Shown here piece after piece: positions 25,645 to 40,496 of a stretch of DNA of 64,000 nt. Positions within the stretch are counted from its first letter, which is position 1. Each line of letters starts with the position of its first letter. A program made the translations under genes and the position numbers. The stretch is from Octopus sinensis (taxonomy: Eukaryota), in the NCBI RefSeq assembly GCF_006345805.1, contig NC_043000.1:144150001-144214000 (forward strand), written 5' to 3'. The notes beneath the pieces were generated by a model. That model worked only from the letters and a program-made list of their open reading frames with translations, made no database searches and had not been told where the DNA came from.

Positions 25645-26394
25645 AAGTTGACAATATCGAAAACATTTCTTTCATTAACATTGATGATTCTTCACAGGTT
25701 CCTTAGAGTTTAGATGGTACAATTATGTCCATATTATTGGTACCACTCTCCAATAAATTTCTTTCCAAATATAGAAAACAATTCCAAAAGGAAAAGCAGA
25801 AAACCGGGTTTATTTATAGTATATTCAAACAAGAGAAAACCTTATAGTTGATATTTATAGTTATGTATTTCAAATCTGAAAATTCCTTCATTCATTTCAT
25901 ATTTCAATTTTGCTTTCAAATATTTCCGCTCTTCCAACTATATAAACATCACTGTATTTATTATTGCGTGTTAATTATCTTACAGGTTTCTAAGAAGATC
26001 TATTTCTGATATTTCAAGCTAATACTAACAAACACGTCACACCCGCACGCTCTCACTCAATTACACACTGACTCAATGTGTGTATATATTAATTGTTATT
26101 CATTATATATACTTTTATATGAATTGATACTAAATATATATGTACACGTATGTAAATATACATGTAAATACGTATATTTGAGAATCTATCAATCTATCTA
26201 AACACTTAATTATCTATCCATCTACCACTCCACACACACACACACACACATGCATACATACACAGACATGCATACATACACACATACACAGAGCAAACGT
26301 ATATGCTTAGGTTCAACGTTTCACAAATATATGTGGAAATTGACATGATTCCTCGGAGCGAACACATAGACGTACGTCATATTTGAATTGATGT

Positions 26395-26396
26395 GA

Positions 26397-26476
<80 letters not shown>

Positions 26477-26527
26477 AGATAGTAAACCGTCTTCGTACAT
26501 CTAACTATCTGTGTATATGTAAATATA

Positions 26528-26622
<95 letters not shown>

Positions 26623-26800
26623 TATATATACATATATATACGTGTGTGTGTGTGTAAATATATGTATATACATATATAAACATATATATATGCATGTATA
26701 TATAAATATATGTATACATGTGTATGTGTGTGTTTGTAAGGATATATATATACACACATACATGCATACATACATACACACATACATATACATATATGTG
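26395..26800. repeat. Compound (TA)n/(TG)n microsatellite region
   Basis: Read directly. Confidence 0.9.
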
Positions 26801-27795
26801 TGTGCGTATTTTAGTGTGGTATGTGTTTGCATCTCTGTATGCATGCATTTATCGCCACATCCCTTTTTTATCCCGCAATCCATATGTACGTACTCATGTA
26901 CGTATGTATGTTTATTCGAGAGGAGAAATATCTTCTATATACCGCAGCACTTTGAAAAAATCATTCCAAACTACGTGTAAAAACGAAGGAAATAATCAAC
27001 ATAATATACAAGTTAGAAAGAAACGAAGGACCAGAAAAAGAAACCTCTATTTTATATAAAATATAAATAAAAATGCCGCTTGATAAGGCAGTTTTGAATA
27101 TCATGAATATTTTAAAAAATACCGCCGAGATTTGTAACAACCAGAAAGTTAACCACCCCGCAGGGAATTATAACAGATCAATGCGAAAAATAGAATGATA
27201 ATAACTAGGTATGTGTAGAAGAGTGTAAAAGAGAATGCAATATAAATAGATAGATAGATAGAGTGAAAGACCGATAATGTGAAAAGGAAATTGTAAGGAG
27301 GAGAGGGAGTGAACAATTGAGAGAACAGTACTTTGAAAGGATGTTGTCAACTGACTCATCGAAGCATAAACATTTCAATTGAAATGCGCACTTACATATA
27401 CACACGAATATAAACATATGCACAAAGACACAACCACAAATATACACATATACATGTTTAAAATTATATATATATATGTATATATATATATGTATGTATG
27501 TATATAGGCGTGTGTGCGTGCATCACTCATATATAAATATGTGTTGATCAGGTATAGATGTATGTATATAAGTATATGTACACTGATGTAAATATGTACA
27601 CAGCACACGCATACATGTACACCTACGGATAAATATATGTGCGTATCTATATATCACTCGTTAATAAATATACGTATGTTCAATGGCAGATGTATACATA
27701 TGAATGTGGATATGGCCATAGAAATATTTGCACACTCGCACTCAGAACAAAACACACCTTCCACTGTACATGCATACATATGTGTGTATCTTTGC

Positions 27796-27921
<126 letters not shown>

Positions 27922-28384
27922 TATATATAATATATATGTATATGAATTTGTGTAGATACGTATATATGCATGGAATCACACGCTTACATACATAATGTCA
28001 AAAGCCAAAACAACATATAAAGGGTATCAAATGGCAAAGTAACCACTAATAGCAGCATGGCATCTGCAATATCTGCTACAACAACTGTTGTAACAACAAG
28101 AATAAAACAATAACAACAACAGAACAAAAAACATGATAAATAACAACCATAATGATGATAACATGAACAACATCTAAATAATACAGTAGGTTCAGAACAG
28201 AGGTCGTTCCATGCACTTACAATCATCATGCTTCGAGTGCTTCAGAGGTATATAATTCCATCAGATAGGAGATGTAAAATGGATACAACTGATTCCAGTG
28301 ATGCTTTGCCCTTTTTTTGGCTATTTTATTGTTAATTTACATATTTCGTTTTAATTCTTTATTCCTTGTCATTATCACTATTTT

Positions 28385-28420
28385 TTTGTAATAACAATAA
28401 CATTCATGACAATAATAATA

Positions 28421-28474
<54 letters not shown>

Positions 28475-28494
28475 TAATAATAATAATAACAATA

Positions 28495-28530
<36 letters not shown>

Positions 28531-28768
28531 TAATAATAATATGAAAAAATAATAATAACAACAACAACATCAGCAACAACAATGATAATATTAATAATAT
28601 TAATGATGTGGTGATGAAGGTGATGATGATGATGATGAGGAGGAGGAGGAGGAAAGGGAAGTAGATGATGATGATGATGACGACGACGACGATGATGGTG
28701 ATGATGATGGTGATGACGATGATGATGATGATGATAACAACAATAATAATAATCATAACACTAATAAT

Positions 28769-28808
<40 letters not shown>

Positions 28809-28870
28809 GAATGAACAATGAGTGTTTGGAAAATAATGATAAAATTAATCAAAATAATAATAATAATTGT
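28385..28870. repeat. Compound (AAT)n/(GAT)n/(GAG)n microsatellite
   Basis: Read directly. Confidence 0.92.
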
Positions 28871-29264
28871 AATAATGATGTTTACTATTCTTTTTGTTTC
28901 TATATTTGTTTTAATACATCCGTGCAGTTTGGATATGCATCAGTTGTTGTTTAGTGTTTGATCTGAAGTCACATTGATATATACCATTGGATCGATCGAT
29001 CAAAATTTAGATGGAACGATGTCTCGACCTGATGTCTCCCTCATAGTTTTCCTGCTTTTCTGTCGTTTACACTCACATATCTCTTTCTTTCATTTTCTTT
29101 TAATATATTTTGTAATATTTTAAAATGGTTTTTATTCTTGCATCAAGCCTACACGATATATGTGTGCGTATATATATATATATATATATATATATAAGAA
29201 TATGTTCCTTGTTTTATATCGATCTATCTATCTATCTATCTCTATATATATATAACACACATAC

Positions 29265-29348
<84 letters not shown>

Positions 29349-30520
29349 ATATATATCAGTATATATATTTCATATATATGTATGCCTCCATACGAGCAGA
29401 TTTGTGTTTAGTATAAAAAGGTTTATACCCATTTATGTGTAAATTTGTGTCTGTCTGCGAGTGTCTTTGTGGGAAAGTAAGCCCTCGGATTCGGAAACCC
29501 TGCTGAAATGTTAAAACACCTTTAGAAATGTTTAGAAACATGCGTTGTGAGAAAGTTACAAACCACATGAATGCGTTAATGTTGAAACACACTTATACCA
29601 ATCTTGTATGGATGTGTTCTTTTAATCATACAACAGACATGTAACATTCGTTGTAAAAATCCCTTTTATGTATATTCACAAAGTCAAAATGCCTTCGTTT
29701 TATGCGTCATAGGAAATAAAACTCCTACGATGTAAGTAAAAGAGAAAGTAAATCCGTGAATACAAAAGGATAAAAAAAAACTGTACGACATCTGAGAGCA
29801 AGCACCAAGTTCTATTTAACAATTCTGCCTTGCGATCATGTGTTTTCCATGTTCAATGCGCTGCCACATTTGCCGTCAGAAATATAAAGTTCCAGCATAA
29901 TACCTGGAAACCTGTGAGCGATATCTTGTTTTTTTCAGTGTTCGCGATATAAAATATTTGAAGCATATTCATGTTTTTGCGTATAGTAAAATTTACAGAT
30001 CTCCACTCTCAAAACATCCTATTTATATGTCAGACAAGCAAAGTCATGCAAGACGCCAGGCAAGCAAGTAAGTCAGTAAGTCGATCAAATCGTCCCCAAT
30101 GCTGATACTTATTTAATTGATCCCAAAGGATAACAGGCAAAATTGAGCTCTGCCTTTTAAAGTACTGTCTTTTAAGCTACTTAATCATTACTATTACATC
30201 GTTGGCAATTTAAATCATGGTAATTCGTATTAGATTGTTGACCCCATAATTCCCATACGTATGAAAGCAATGTGAAATGCTGTGTTTACGTTATATTTCA
30301 GCTCTATAACAACGCATCATCTTTTTCTCTTGATCCAGCAGTAGTCTTCCTGAATTAACAATTAAATCCTAGCATTAATTTTGATTCTAGTTTCAAAGTT
30401 CTTCTTTCGAAGGTTTCCTTTTCTGATTCTTGGTCTCTCAAGACGAGAGACATGTATGAAGAGAGTTGAAAATACCCCGATATGTGTGATATACAAGGAC
30501 TAGTAGATTATATATATATA

Positions 30521-30580
<60 letters not shown>

Positions 30581-31922
30581 GTATATATATATATATGAGC
30601 AATGCAACAATACTATAAGCGCAGGATGGGATTGGCAATACTTTTGACGTAGAGTATAAGAATGGCAATGCCAACGACTACGATGATGATGAGGAGTTGG
30701 AGGATGAAGAAGTGGAGTAGGAAGAGGATGATGACGATGAATTTCATGTTGATATAATATCTGCTGCTGGTGTGTTGATGATGTTGATAATGATGTCTGC
30801 AAATATTTCAGCAATAGCGATGTGTCTGTTTGTATACTATGGACTCTTGTTAAATGGAGTAAACTGTTGAAGAGGAAAGATTAAATTTCTCATATGTCTC
30901 TAACATGAAATATTATGCAATGATCGATAATCTTCTCGCTGATGTTATTATTTATTGTAGTTTATTCTTGCTGTTGATCTCCTTTTCGGTGTATTCGCTG
31001 CTCCACTCAACTAACATTTTTAATTGTCCTTCTAATCGTAATATTTATTAATGTTGTAACTATTTCATCGGGAAGAACAAATGTGGAAGGCGTATACTTA
31101 TACAGGGCAGTAGATATAATCCCTTATTTATTCACTTTCCTAATCTATTTGGAATTCATAAACATACGATATTAGCCTTACGTTACATCGTTACCTCGTT
31201 GATATTTATATGTACTCGTAATATCTGCAATGTAATTTATTCAATGAAATTTAGCTCTACAAGGTAAGTTTCCTAATCAATTGCTTTCAAGTAAAAATTT
31301 ATGAAGTAGAGACATTTTTTCAGACTGAAAAAAAAAAGAGAAAAATTCGTTTCATTAGGGTTAAATAGTTATCAATCTATATTCACGGTGATATCTGTTG
31401 GAGCACACATTTTCCCACTGATACCCTATAGTCAGGCGGTCCGCTGTTTTTGGCGAATGAAAGTAAATTAAATATTTCTTCAATCCGAAAAGCTTAGATA
31501 AATATTACAATAAGAAGAGATTCTATCTCAAACATAAATAGCAATATTATTACTATTTTATTATGTAATAACGTTCAAACTTAATGGAAAGCGTCACCAT
31601 CTCTCCTTCCTGATATCATGTTACCATAGACAATGTAGAGATCTAGTGAAGTGTTGGTTCTTTAAGATCGATCTTTTAAGTGAAGTGGGGTTCGCATTTT
31701 ATGTAATCAGGTTAAAAGTGAGCTGCCCCTCAATGACAGTTCAGAGAAGCCCCCAAAAGATTCTAGAAATGTGGTTAAGATTTAGTCCGGTTCTCAGTGT
31801 TTTGAGGAGATTGATTAGAAACATGTTGCAAGTTGTAGTGGGGGACAATAAAGCACGCATATACACACATGCATACACACAGAGACAGAGATACACACAT
31901 ATATATGCATACATACGCATTC

Positions 31923-31997
<75 letters not shown>

Positions 31998-32242
31998 TTA
32001 TATATATGTATATACAGTATATATGTATATAAGGGATAGATATATCCTAAGGCACTCTTGCTAATTACCTGATTAGGTATAGTTCTTGCCAAAAAGGTAT
32101 TGCGGCAGCAGGCAATTTGGCGGGTAAACCGTAGTTATATTTAGATAGACAATAAGAAAATGGAGCGATAATAAAAGTAAGAAGTGTTCTTTTGCGCTAG
32201 GAAGCCATTATTTAATTAGTTAAGGAAGATGAGAGTGAGAGT

Positions 32243-32425
32243 GAGTTTATTATCGTTTCTGTGTACCATGGTGAGGAAAATATTTTTCTTTGCCTTGTTG
32301 CCAATGGTAGGCATTATCAGAACGAAGAGGTCAGAGGTAGAGAAGAGCGAAAGATAGAGGGATCATCAGCAACGAGGCAAAAATATATTTTCTTCTCCAT
32401 GATACACAGAAACGATCATAAACTC
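32243..32425. repeat. Imperfect inverted repeat (~58 bp arms, ~67 bp spacer)
   Basis: gagtttattatcgtttctgtgtaccatgg...tttgccttgttgc (32243-32301) versus gcaacgaggcaaa...ccatgatacacagaaacgatcataaactc (32369-32425). Confidence 0.8.
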
Positions 32426-33379
32426 TGAATGTATCTTAATGTCAGTATAGTAGTTCCTTCAACATCATATGACAGTACCCTATTGATTAGATCAAGGTAC
32501 GTAACCAAGTTTTCCTTGAAAGTAGGAATTAGCTTCCTACCAACGTTAAAGCAATTAACGTGTCTTGTACCCAGTGATTATAGAGGAATAGATCATGCAG
32601 CTATCTACTTCTTACTGATATGACTTTAATGTCATCTACAGGACATACTGCCCAGGCAGTAAAGAGTGTATTCGCAAATTTCTTCACAATTTGACATAGC
32701 CCTTCACACCCAGCTAAAACCGATGTCCAAGGAAATTCGTATTACAGAGAATTGGTTCATACAATTATGATTCTGTATGCATATCATTGAATATACTTTG
32801 ACGTTGAGAAGTATTATATATGTTTGTGTTTTTGTGTTAATATACGAATAATCAGCTCCGAATGAATGATTGAGAATTTGCAGCTTGGATTTTTTCTTTG
32901 ATTAACGATTTCTGTCTTCCTATCTACCAAAATATATTTGCGAGAACAATTAGACCTTACACACTCACAGTAAGCATTTCATCAATCGACATTCTCTAGA
33001 AAGTAATCAAATCACGCGTAAACTACACGAGGCGCATCTGAATATTAAGGTAGTAACGTGCTTATATCAGTTTCACGTCTGTCTTGTATTCACCTTAATT
33101 GAAAAGGTGCTAGTTTGGACGTAGTTTCAAGACCTTACATTGTAAGACTACCGCAGGAAAAAGAATGGGCGTATGTGATAGAATACTGCATCAACGTTCC
33201 CACTGAACATAATTTAACATTTGTGACTCTAAGATACACATTCTTAGAAAACTGAAAAAATGACTATTATATGGACATTATTATGTTGAATATAATCAAT
33301 TTAGAATATTCAGTAAATTATATTCAACATAACAAATTTTACATAGAATTGTGCGCCCGCACCAAAGATACAGACACAT

Positions 33380-33426
<47 letters not shown>

Positions 33427-35080
33427 GAAGCACATATATTATAAATGTATGTACGTAATGTACAAAGAAAGAAAATAATCTAATATTTTCATGCTATTTC
33501 TGTCAGTAAAACTCTGTAACCTAGAATAGATGTGTCACTTACTAATTCCACTGGAACCTACTCCACAATGATATATATAATGGATCAAATAGCGGAATCC
33601 TAGGAGTTCTATACATAATAACTAAAGGGTTGTATTTATGTCTACTTACGTTCCCAGTTCAAAACATGACGAGGGCGCTAGCGCTTAATTCTCACAGATA
33701 TAGTCATACACACACATATACAAACCAACAAACACACATACATATACTTATGTCTGTATATATCTATATTTATATATTGGATAGATGATGCAGTATCTGG
33801 TGAAATATGAATGACCATATAGTAGCAAGATTCAGGAAGAATAACATACAAATGATTCGTGAAATTAAGTTACTTAAAATTATACTTTACTTCCGAGATT
33901 TATCAAGTAAATGTTGTCCACCTAGACATAATGTGAGATACTAAGACAGTTTGCTTTATAATGAATCCAATAAAAGTCTATATTGATAAAGTTTCTAATC
34001 TTCCACAAAACACTAATTTCGACTGTTAGGTTTGTAGGTATATATCATCAATATCCGTTGGAGCAAATTCTGTTGCTAAGGTTTCTTATTTAAACAACAA
34101 AGCATTTAATACCAGCAGTCTTTCGTATAAGACATCATTTATACAAATGACTTAAACTCACAAATGTAGAAATGGAAATAGAAAAATCTCATTTCATAAT
34201 TCGATTTTAGTTTGAATATTATAACACAATACTCAAGCTTATAGCTTATAGTCAGAGCATCACGTTGATAACGATGCCAGGCTTCATATAATCTTTTGCA
34301 AAAATTCCATTAAATTTGTTGCAAAAATATTCGAATATTTCCTACAGTTTTCAGATACATGCACGAAACACATAGAACAAGACCGTGAGCATGTTTAATT
34401 GTAGAAACGGTAACAATAGAAATTACCCTGCTACATTATTATACGTATGAAATGGATATTTGAATGATCGCTAGCAGCTGAAATCGTGTATCGAATCAAC
34501 AGCAAAAGAATTTAAAACGTGATTTTATTCTCGTGTAAATTCTTTATGAAAACCGAGATTTGCTACTGGACATTCGAAATATAATTTTGAGACAACATGT
34601 TTGCCTTTCCGTTAGTAGAATCTTTACTTAAATATCTGCTTATATGCATGGGTATATTAGGGGGAATGTTATACGTAATTTTTGTCAATTTGTGTGATGA
34701 CATAGCGAGATAAGTTTGTATTAATCAAAGCATGTTGCTATGCAATTTTCGTAAGGCGCACCCTTATTTCAAATTTAGCAGGGTTCTGTTTTATCCATAT
34801 ACCGATATTACCTGAGTTTCATGGCAATTTGTATTTAAACATTTTCCTTTTTTTTTCTTTCTCTCTCTCTCTCTTTTGATTAAACCATATTTATAACTCA
34901 AAATCCCATTTAGAGAGTTTTCCAGAATAAGCTTACTTTATAGATGGCATTCTTCTTTCTTGTTCTTTTCCTGCATTCCTACATATTGTTCTTAATATCT
35001 GCAGTAAATTTAGAAGTGGATGGGTTCCGGTGAATAGTTTCAGATTCTTTCAGTTTATAAGATCCTGTTACATGAGGATA

Positions 35081-35451
35081 CTCTTTTACTCTTTTACTTG
35101 TTTCAGTCATTTGACTGCGGCCATGCTGGAGCACCGCCTTTAATCGAGCAACGCGACCCCGGGACTTATTCTTTGTAAGCCCAGTACTTATTCCATCGGT
35201 CTCTTTTGCCGAACCGCTAAGTAACAGGGACATAAACACACCAGCATCGGTTGTCAAGCAATGCTAGGGGACAAATACAGACACACAAACATACACGCAC
35301 ACACACACATATATATATATATATACATATATACGACGGGCTTCTGTCAGTTTCCGTCTGCCAAATCCACTCACAAGGCTTTGGTCGGCCCGAGGCTATA
35401 GTAGAAGACACTTGCCCAAGGTGCCACGCAGTGGGACTGAACCCGGAACCA
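35081..35451 (-). mobile_element. SINE (family of 12010/13823), 5'-truncated
   Basis: Colinear with 13867-14262 in reverse orientation. Confidence 0.85.
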
Positions 35452-35509
35452 TATTTTAAATACAAAGTGCTCTCATTTTCTGTTACTTACACGGAAGACT
35501 TTCCAGTCT

Positions 35510-37599
35510 AGTGATTTTCGTAGTGTATATTACAGTCGAGTCTAGGTACTCCTGTTTTTTTTTCTTTCGTTACACCTAACGACGTAGGAACAGGAAATTT
35601 CCTGATACTTATCTAATTTCTAACGTTGTAGGAAGACCACACGTTTTGAACGGGCGTAAGCTGGTCATATATGAATTCATATGTAAATGGTACACCATTA
35701 TATCAACTCTAGAATAATGAAATCCAATGTTTGAAGGGGAAACATTAATCACAATAAATAAATCACTCTAAAAGGAAATTTGCTCACAATATAAACTCGT
35801 TTTCATTAATCTCGACCAGAATATGTCGTTTAAAACTTTAAAGTCGACGATGTACATTCTTAGCATGATATTGAAAAGTCTTGAGGGTTGGAAAAATCAT
35901 TAACGGTTTGGACATAATAGCTAGAGTGATTTATTTATTGTGATTAATGTTTCCCCTTCAAACATTGGATTTCATTATTCTAGAGTTGATATAATGGTGT
36001 ACCATTTACATATGAATTCATATATGACCAGCTTACGCCCGTTCAAAACATGTGGTCTTCCTACAACGTTAGAAATTAGTTTTAGGTCGAATGATAACAT
36101 GATTAAAATATAAACTTAAAAGATACGTTTAATCTATATTTCCGATATGATTAAAACTCATTTATCCTGAGTGTTAAAGAATAGTATGTACTCATAACAT
36201 ATAACAGCAAGATATGAGGCCGTGGAAATATACCTGCTCATACACGTATGATTCATGAATTAGGCGTTATTGCCGATATTTTTCCGGCAGTGAATTACAT
36301 AGCAATGTGAAGTAATACTATTTACATATAGCGATATATATTTAAAGGATTCTATTCGTAAACCACATTACATAATGCTTTTGGTTATTTCTTGATTATA
36401 CAAATATATAGTGAATTTTAGAAGAATGTTAGAAGAGGAGTTTCATATGTAGACCAGTGTAACATTCTTATTTTCAATGTAAATATATTACAAAGAAAGG
36501 ATATTTGATAGCAAAATGTGGGAGAATTGGTAAACACACGTAACTGTAGATATGAAAATATTTCGACATCACATCGAGAATCAGAACTTGAAAGAGAATC
36601 ACATAATTAGAAATTGAGATGATAAATATAAATTATTTGAGCAGGAGAGAAGTAAGCTCTTTTAAAGATTAGTCAATGTATTGTATTGTTAATTTCAGCA
36701 AAACAAGTTTGAAAGTGAGAACGAATTTCCAAACAATGCAATCGCCAAAACAAAAATAGTAAAGGATTTAGGATGCATTATTAAAGCAATTAATTGAAAT
36801 GAGTCTTAAATAAGTACAATCTTATTCACAAAACTATGTTTTGCTGTCTACTGATCAGAAAAAAACAAATACATACTAGCCAGTATTCCAATGTTCGTAT
36901 GGTGCTATCATTATAAAATATATCATTAAAGAAAGTAGGCATTACATGACAGTTTCAGGAACAATGACTGCAAACCTTGACCCACCAAGTGATCACCTTT
37001 TTTCAGCATCTCTTCTCTCGACTCAAGAATACTATTTTCAAAGAGAAGTGACACTGACTCCTTTAATGTCAATATAAGTGTTTAATAGGTGTCCAGAAGC
37101 GAAATCGTCCAAAGTGATCTCCTGGAAAGACATACTTTATATGCAAGTAATCGTTTGATTTGACAAGACACTACACCAATTTTCACTGTGGAGTATGTTT
37201 TATCTAAACGAATTTGTATTATGTCAAACCTCTTGCGAAGGAAGATAAATTGCAGCGTGGTCCAGCTTAACATTGCGAAATAAAATATGAAAAATTGTAA
37301 ATTCATTGGTCGAGGATATGCCTCTACGTAATATTATCCATCAATATCTAAATCCCGGTTCACACCTTCCACAGGGAGGAGATATTTAATTTATGGATAT
37401 TTGCTAAACACATCACAATAAATATGCACTAAAGTCAGGAATAAGATTATCTTGAAGATTTTAAAATAAACTAATAAATATTAATGAAAACGAGTTTATA
37501 TTGTGAGCAAATTTCCTGTTCCTACGTCGTTAGGTGTAACGAAAGAAAAAAAAACAGGAGTACCTAGACTCGACTGTAATATACACTACGAAAATCACT
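35510..37599. mobile_element. ~2.1 kb fold-back/non-autonomous TIR element with ~120 bp near-identical terminal inverted repeats
   Basis: Right arm 37480-37599 is the reverse complement of 35510-35600 plus 35773-35810; no coding remnant recognised inside; no clean TSD. Confidence 0.6.
35613..36079. repeat. 158 bp inverted duplication (35613-35770 versus 35922-36079)
   Basis: I can see only one mismatch between the arms (ccacacg/ccacatg). Confidence 0.92.
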
Positions 37600-38044
37600 T
37601 CAAGTGTTGTTTTTCCAGCACTATTGAGAGGCTTTAGCGAGATTATTTACAGATATCTGTTATAAAATCTTAAACTGTCTTTAAACTATCTTAGGGAAAT
37701 AGAAATATTTGTCTGATTCATAGTGAGAATCCAAATACATACAATTACGCACTGCGGCATAAAATCTATGTGTGTATGTGCGTGAGGCATGTTCGCCTGT
37801 ATGTGTGTGCGGCGGGTGCATATTTATTGGACACGAAATAAAGAAAATAGTGGGTTTTGCTTTCACAGGATTAACACACCGCGACACAAACTGAACAATA
37901 GTGGTATATCATCTAGTATCAATCTTGAATTCGTTTCAAATTTGTCTCTGTTGTTCTAATAACTAGAGGTGGACGTGTCCTACCCGCCCATCTACATAAT
38001 GTACAGAGATACAGACACATACACATGTGTATACATATATATTT

Positions 38045-38110
<66 letters not shown>

Positions 38111-38112
<2 letters not shown>

Positions 38113-38315
38113 CGGGAAGCTTTATGAAAATAAACAAAAGACGAAAGCAGGTGGAATACAAACAAACAATTGTATTAGTATGGCGCTCAGGAATGTAAAT
38201 AAAACAAGTCTTTTACGTTTCGAGCCTACGCTCTTCAACAGAAAGATACACAGAAAAGAAACACGGAGAGAAACAAGGAGAGAAAACAAATGCGTGCAGA
38301 AGCTAGCGAATCAAC
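38111..38315 (-). mobile_element. (TA)n-associated short repeat with a variant hammerhead-like motif (putative Penelope pLTR fragment)
   Basis: Minus 38209-38246: tcttt CTGTTGA a gagc-gtag-gctc GAAA cg TA aaaga; homologous copy at about 57595-57750. Confidence 0.5.
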
Positions 38316-39431
38316 ATGAGACGGATGTACCGATGAATACACAGATAGAGGCCACTAATAGTTTCACAGATTAGAGACACACATATGTATTTAAATTGAT
38401 AAAACTATAATATTGTTCTGTTACTAGACCTATACGTAAGGCTAAACTCATGGAAAGAAATCGATAATGAATAATTGAAGTATAGTAACTTTGTAATATC
38501 TATATATTTCTCATATATTTTCTTTAACATCTAAATCTCAACAGGGTACCTGTAACACATCGTTCAGTAGGATAGTTGGTTCAAACCCAACCATACACAT
38601 CCTCATCTTAAATGAGATTTAGAATGCAGCAGTGTGTAAATATGTTTTTTTTACAATTTTACCAATGTGGCATACCCTAGCAGAATAATGATATCGAAAA
38701 TATCTTAAATTTCTTTCCATACTTAAAATTGTTTACGTCTTGACGTAAAGATGAAAATAAGTGATAATAAATCTCAATTTAGCGGAGGTGACAACTGTAA
38801 GAGCTAAGAAATATTTTCAAAGATATTCTCTCCTAAGAGTACACATTAAAAACTACCTGTTTGATTTTACACTATCCCAAGAGACACACTTCACATAAAA
38901 AAAAAGAATGTATTTCACTTTTACCGAAACATAAGTAATGTTATAGTTTGCAGAAAAACAGTAAAATTTATAAATACTACTTGTTATATATGGATAGAAT
39001 TATAAATTAACAGAATACAAGTATACTTTGGTAGAGGAACATTTGTATACATTTGTTCTTGTATAGAAAAATAAATATATCCACGTACTAATTTTTATGC
39101 GTAAATGTTCATACATGCACTCCTACTGACATAGGTGCACTCATATACACGCATACACAATACAAACACACAAAGACATACACACACATGCATACATACA
39201 AAGGAACGCATACAATAATACATAATCATACAGGTGTATATATATTTTGTTTTGAAAACCTGATCTACGACATATAGACTTATTTTTATGAAGTATACGC
39301 ATGCTGCTGACAGGCATATACGTTCACATAAGGATTTGTGCTTCAATGCACGTATGTGTTTATATATATATATATAATAATACACGTGTATGCAATAATA
39401 CACACACACACACGCACACACACACACACAC

Positions 39432-39488
<57 letters not shown>

Positions 39489-39766
39489 TTCAACAATTGA
39501 GGGTCAAATTAATTAATTATTAATCAATTTCACCAAGTATTCAGTATGTAAAGGGACCATTTAAGGCGAATTCAATTATTACATTATATAAAAGGGCTTA
39601 GTAAAATAAATTACTTTGCCACATACTGAACTCATTAGAAATAGTAGCTAAAAAAACTTTTTTAAAACTATTTCTAATACTTAAAGAAAATCTCTCTCAT
39701 ATAGTGTTTGCTCAATTCAACTCACGAAAGTATGGGGGTAAAGACATTAAAAAATCAAATGCAAAG

Positions 39767-39828
39767 GTTATTTGAGAAAGTACGTTTCAAGATTAGTCAA
39801 CTCGACATTTCTATCATCAGCTCAGAAC
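39767..39828 (-). ncRNA. Hammerhead ribozyme-like motif (degenerate copy)
   Basis: Reverse-complement copy of 40254-40315 with a G->T change in helix III. Confidence 0.45.
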
Positions 39829-40253
39829 TTCTTGGTTTTGATTTGAAAACACTGAAAGTGGGAGCATACCCTTTCGGCTTCTTATACTGAGTTCAGTATG
39901 TGGCAAAGTAATTTATTTTACTAAGCCCTTTTATATAATGTAATAATTTGAATTCGCCTTAAATGGTCCCTTTACATACTGAATACTTGGTGAAATTGAT
40001 TAATAATTAATTAATTTTACCCTCAATTGTTGAAATTATAATTCAGCTCTCTCTATTTAATGCTTCGGATTTTACCGAAAAAGCATAGTGTTTACTGATT
40101 TTAACCCACGCTGGTGGAAAGGGGAGAGCGGAAATTCTTCGCTTGCATATTTTGGGTTTGCTGGCACTGTTAGTTTCGAGCAGATCTTCAGAAGCGATAA
40201 GAAGCCGAAAGGGTATGCTCCCACTTTCAGTGTTTTCAAATCCAAACCAAGGA

Positions 40254-40315
40254 GTTCTGAGCTGATGATAGAAATGTCGAGTTGACTAATCTTGAAACGT
40301 ACGTTCTCAAATAAC
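40254..40315 (+). ncRNA. Type I minimal hammerhead ribozyme-like motif
   Basis: tgag CTGATGA [t-aga-aat-gtc-gagtt-gac-taa-tct-t] GAAA c-gtac-g T T ctca: core boxes, palindromic helix III loop, helix I tgag/ctca; the closing pair of helix II is mismatched. Confidence 0.55.
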
Positions 40316-40496
40316 CTTTGCATTTGATTTTTTAATGTCTTTACCCCCATACTTTCGTGAGTTGAATTGAGCAAACACTATATGAGAGAGATTTTCTTAA
40401 GTATTAGAAATAGTTTTTAAAAAGTTTTTTTAGCTACTATTTCTAATGAGTTCAGTATGTGGCAAAGTAATTTATTTTACTAAGCCCTTTTATATA

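Noticed and set aside
35501-37609. Degenerate 9-10 bp TSD (ttccagtcta / ttcaagtgtt) suggesting a Mutator-like element
   Set aside because: Three mismatches in ten is inconsistent with almost identical TIRs.
39708-40374. Two near-identical ORFs (MLNSTHESMGV...) on opposite strands suggesting a duplicated gene
   Set aside because: By-products of the inverted repeat; they start at TTG and are antisense to the hammerhead strand.
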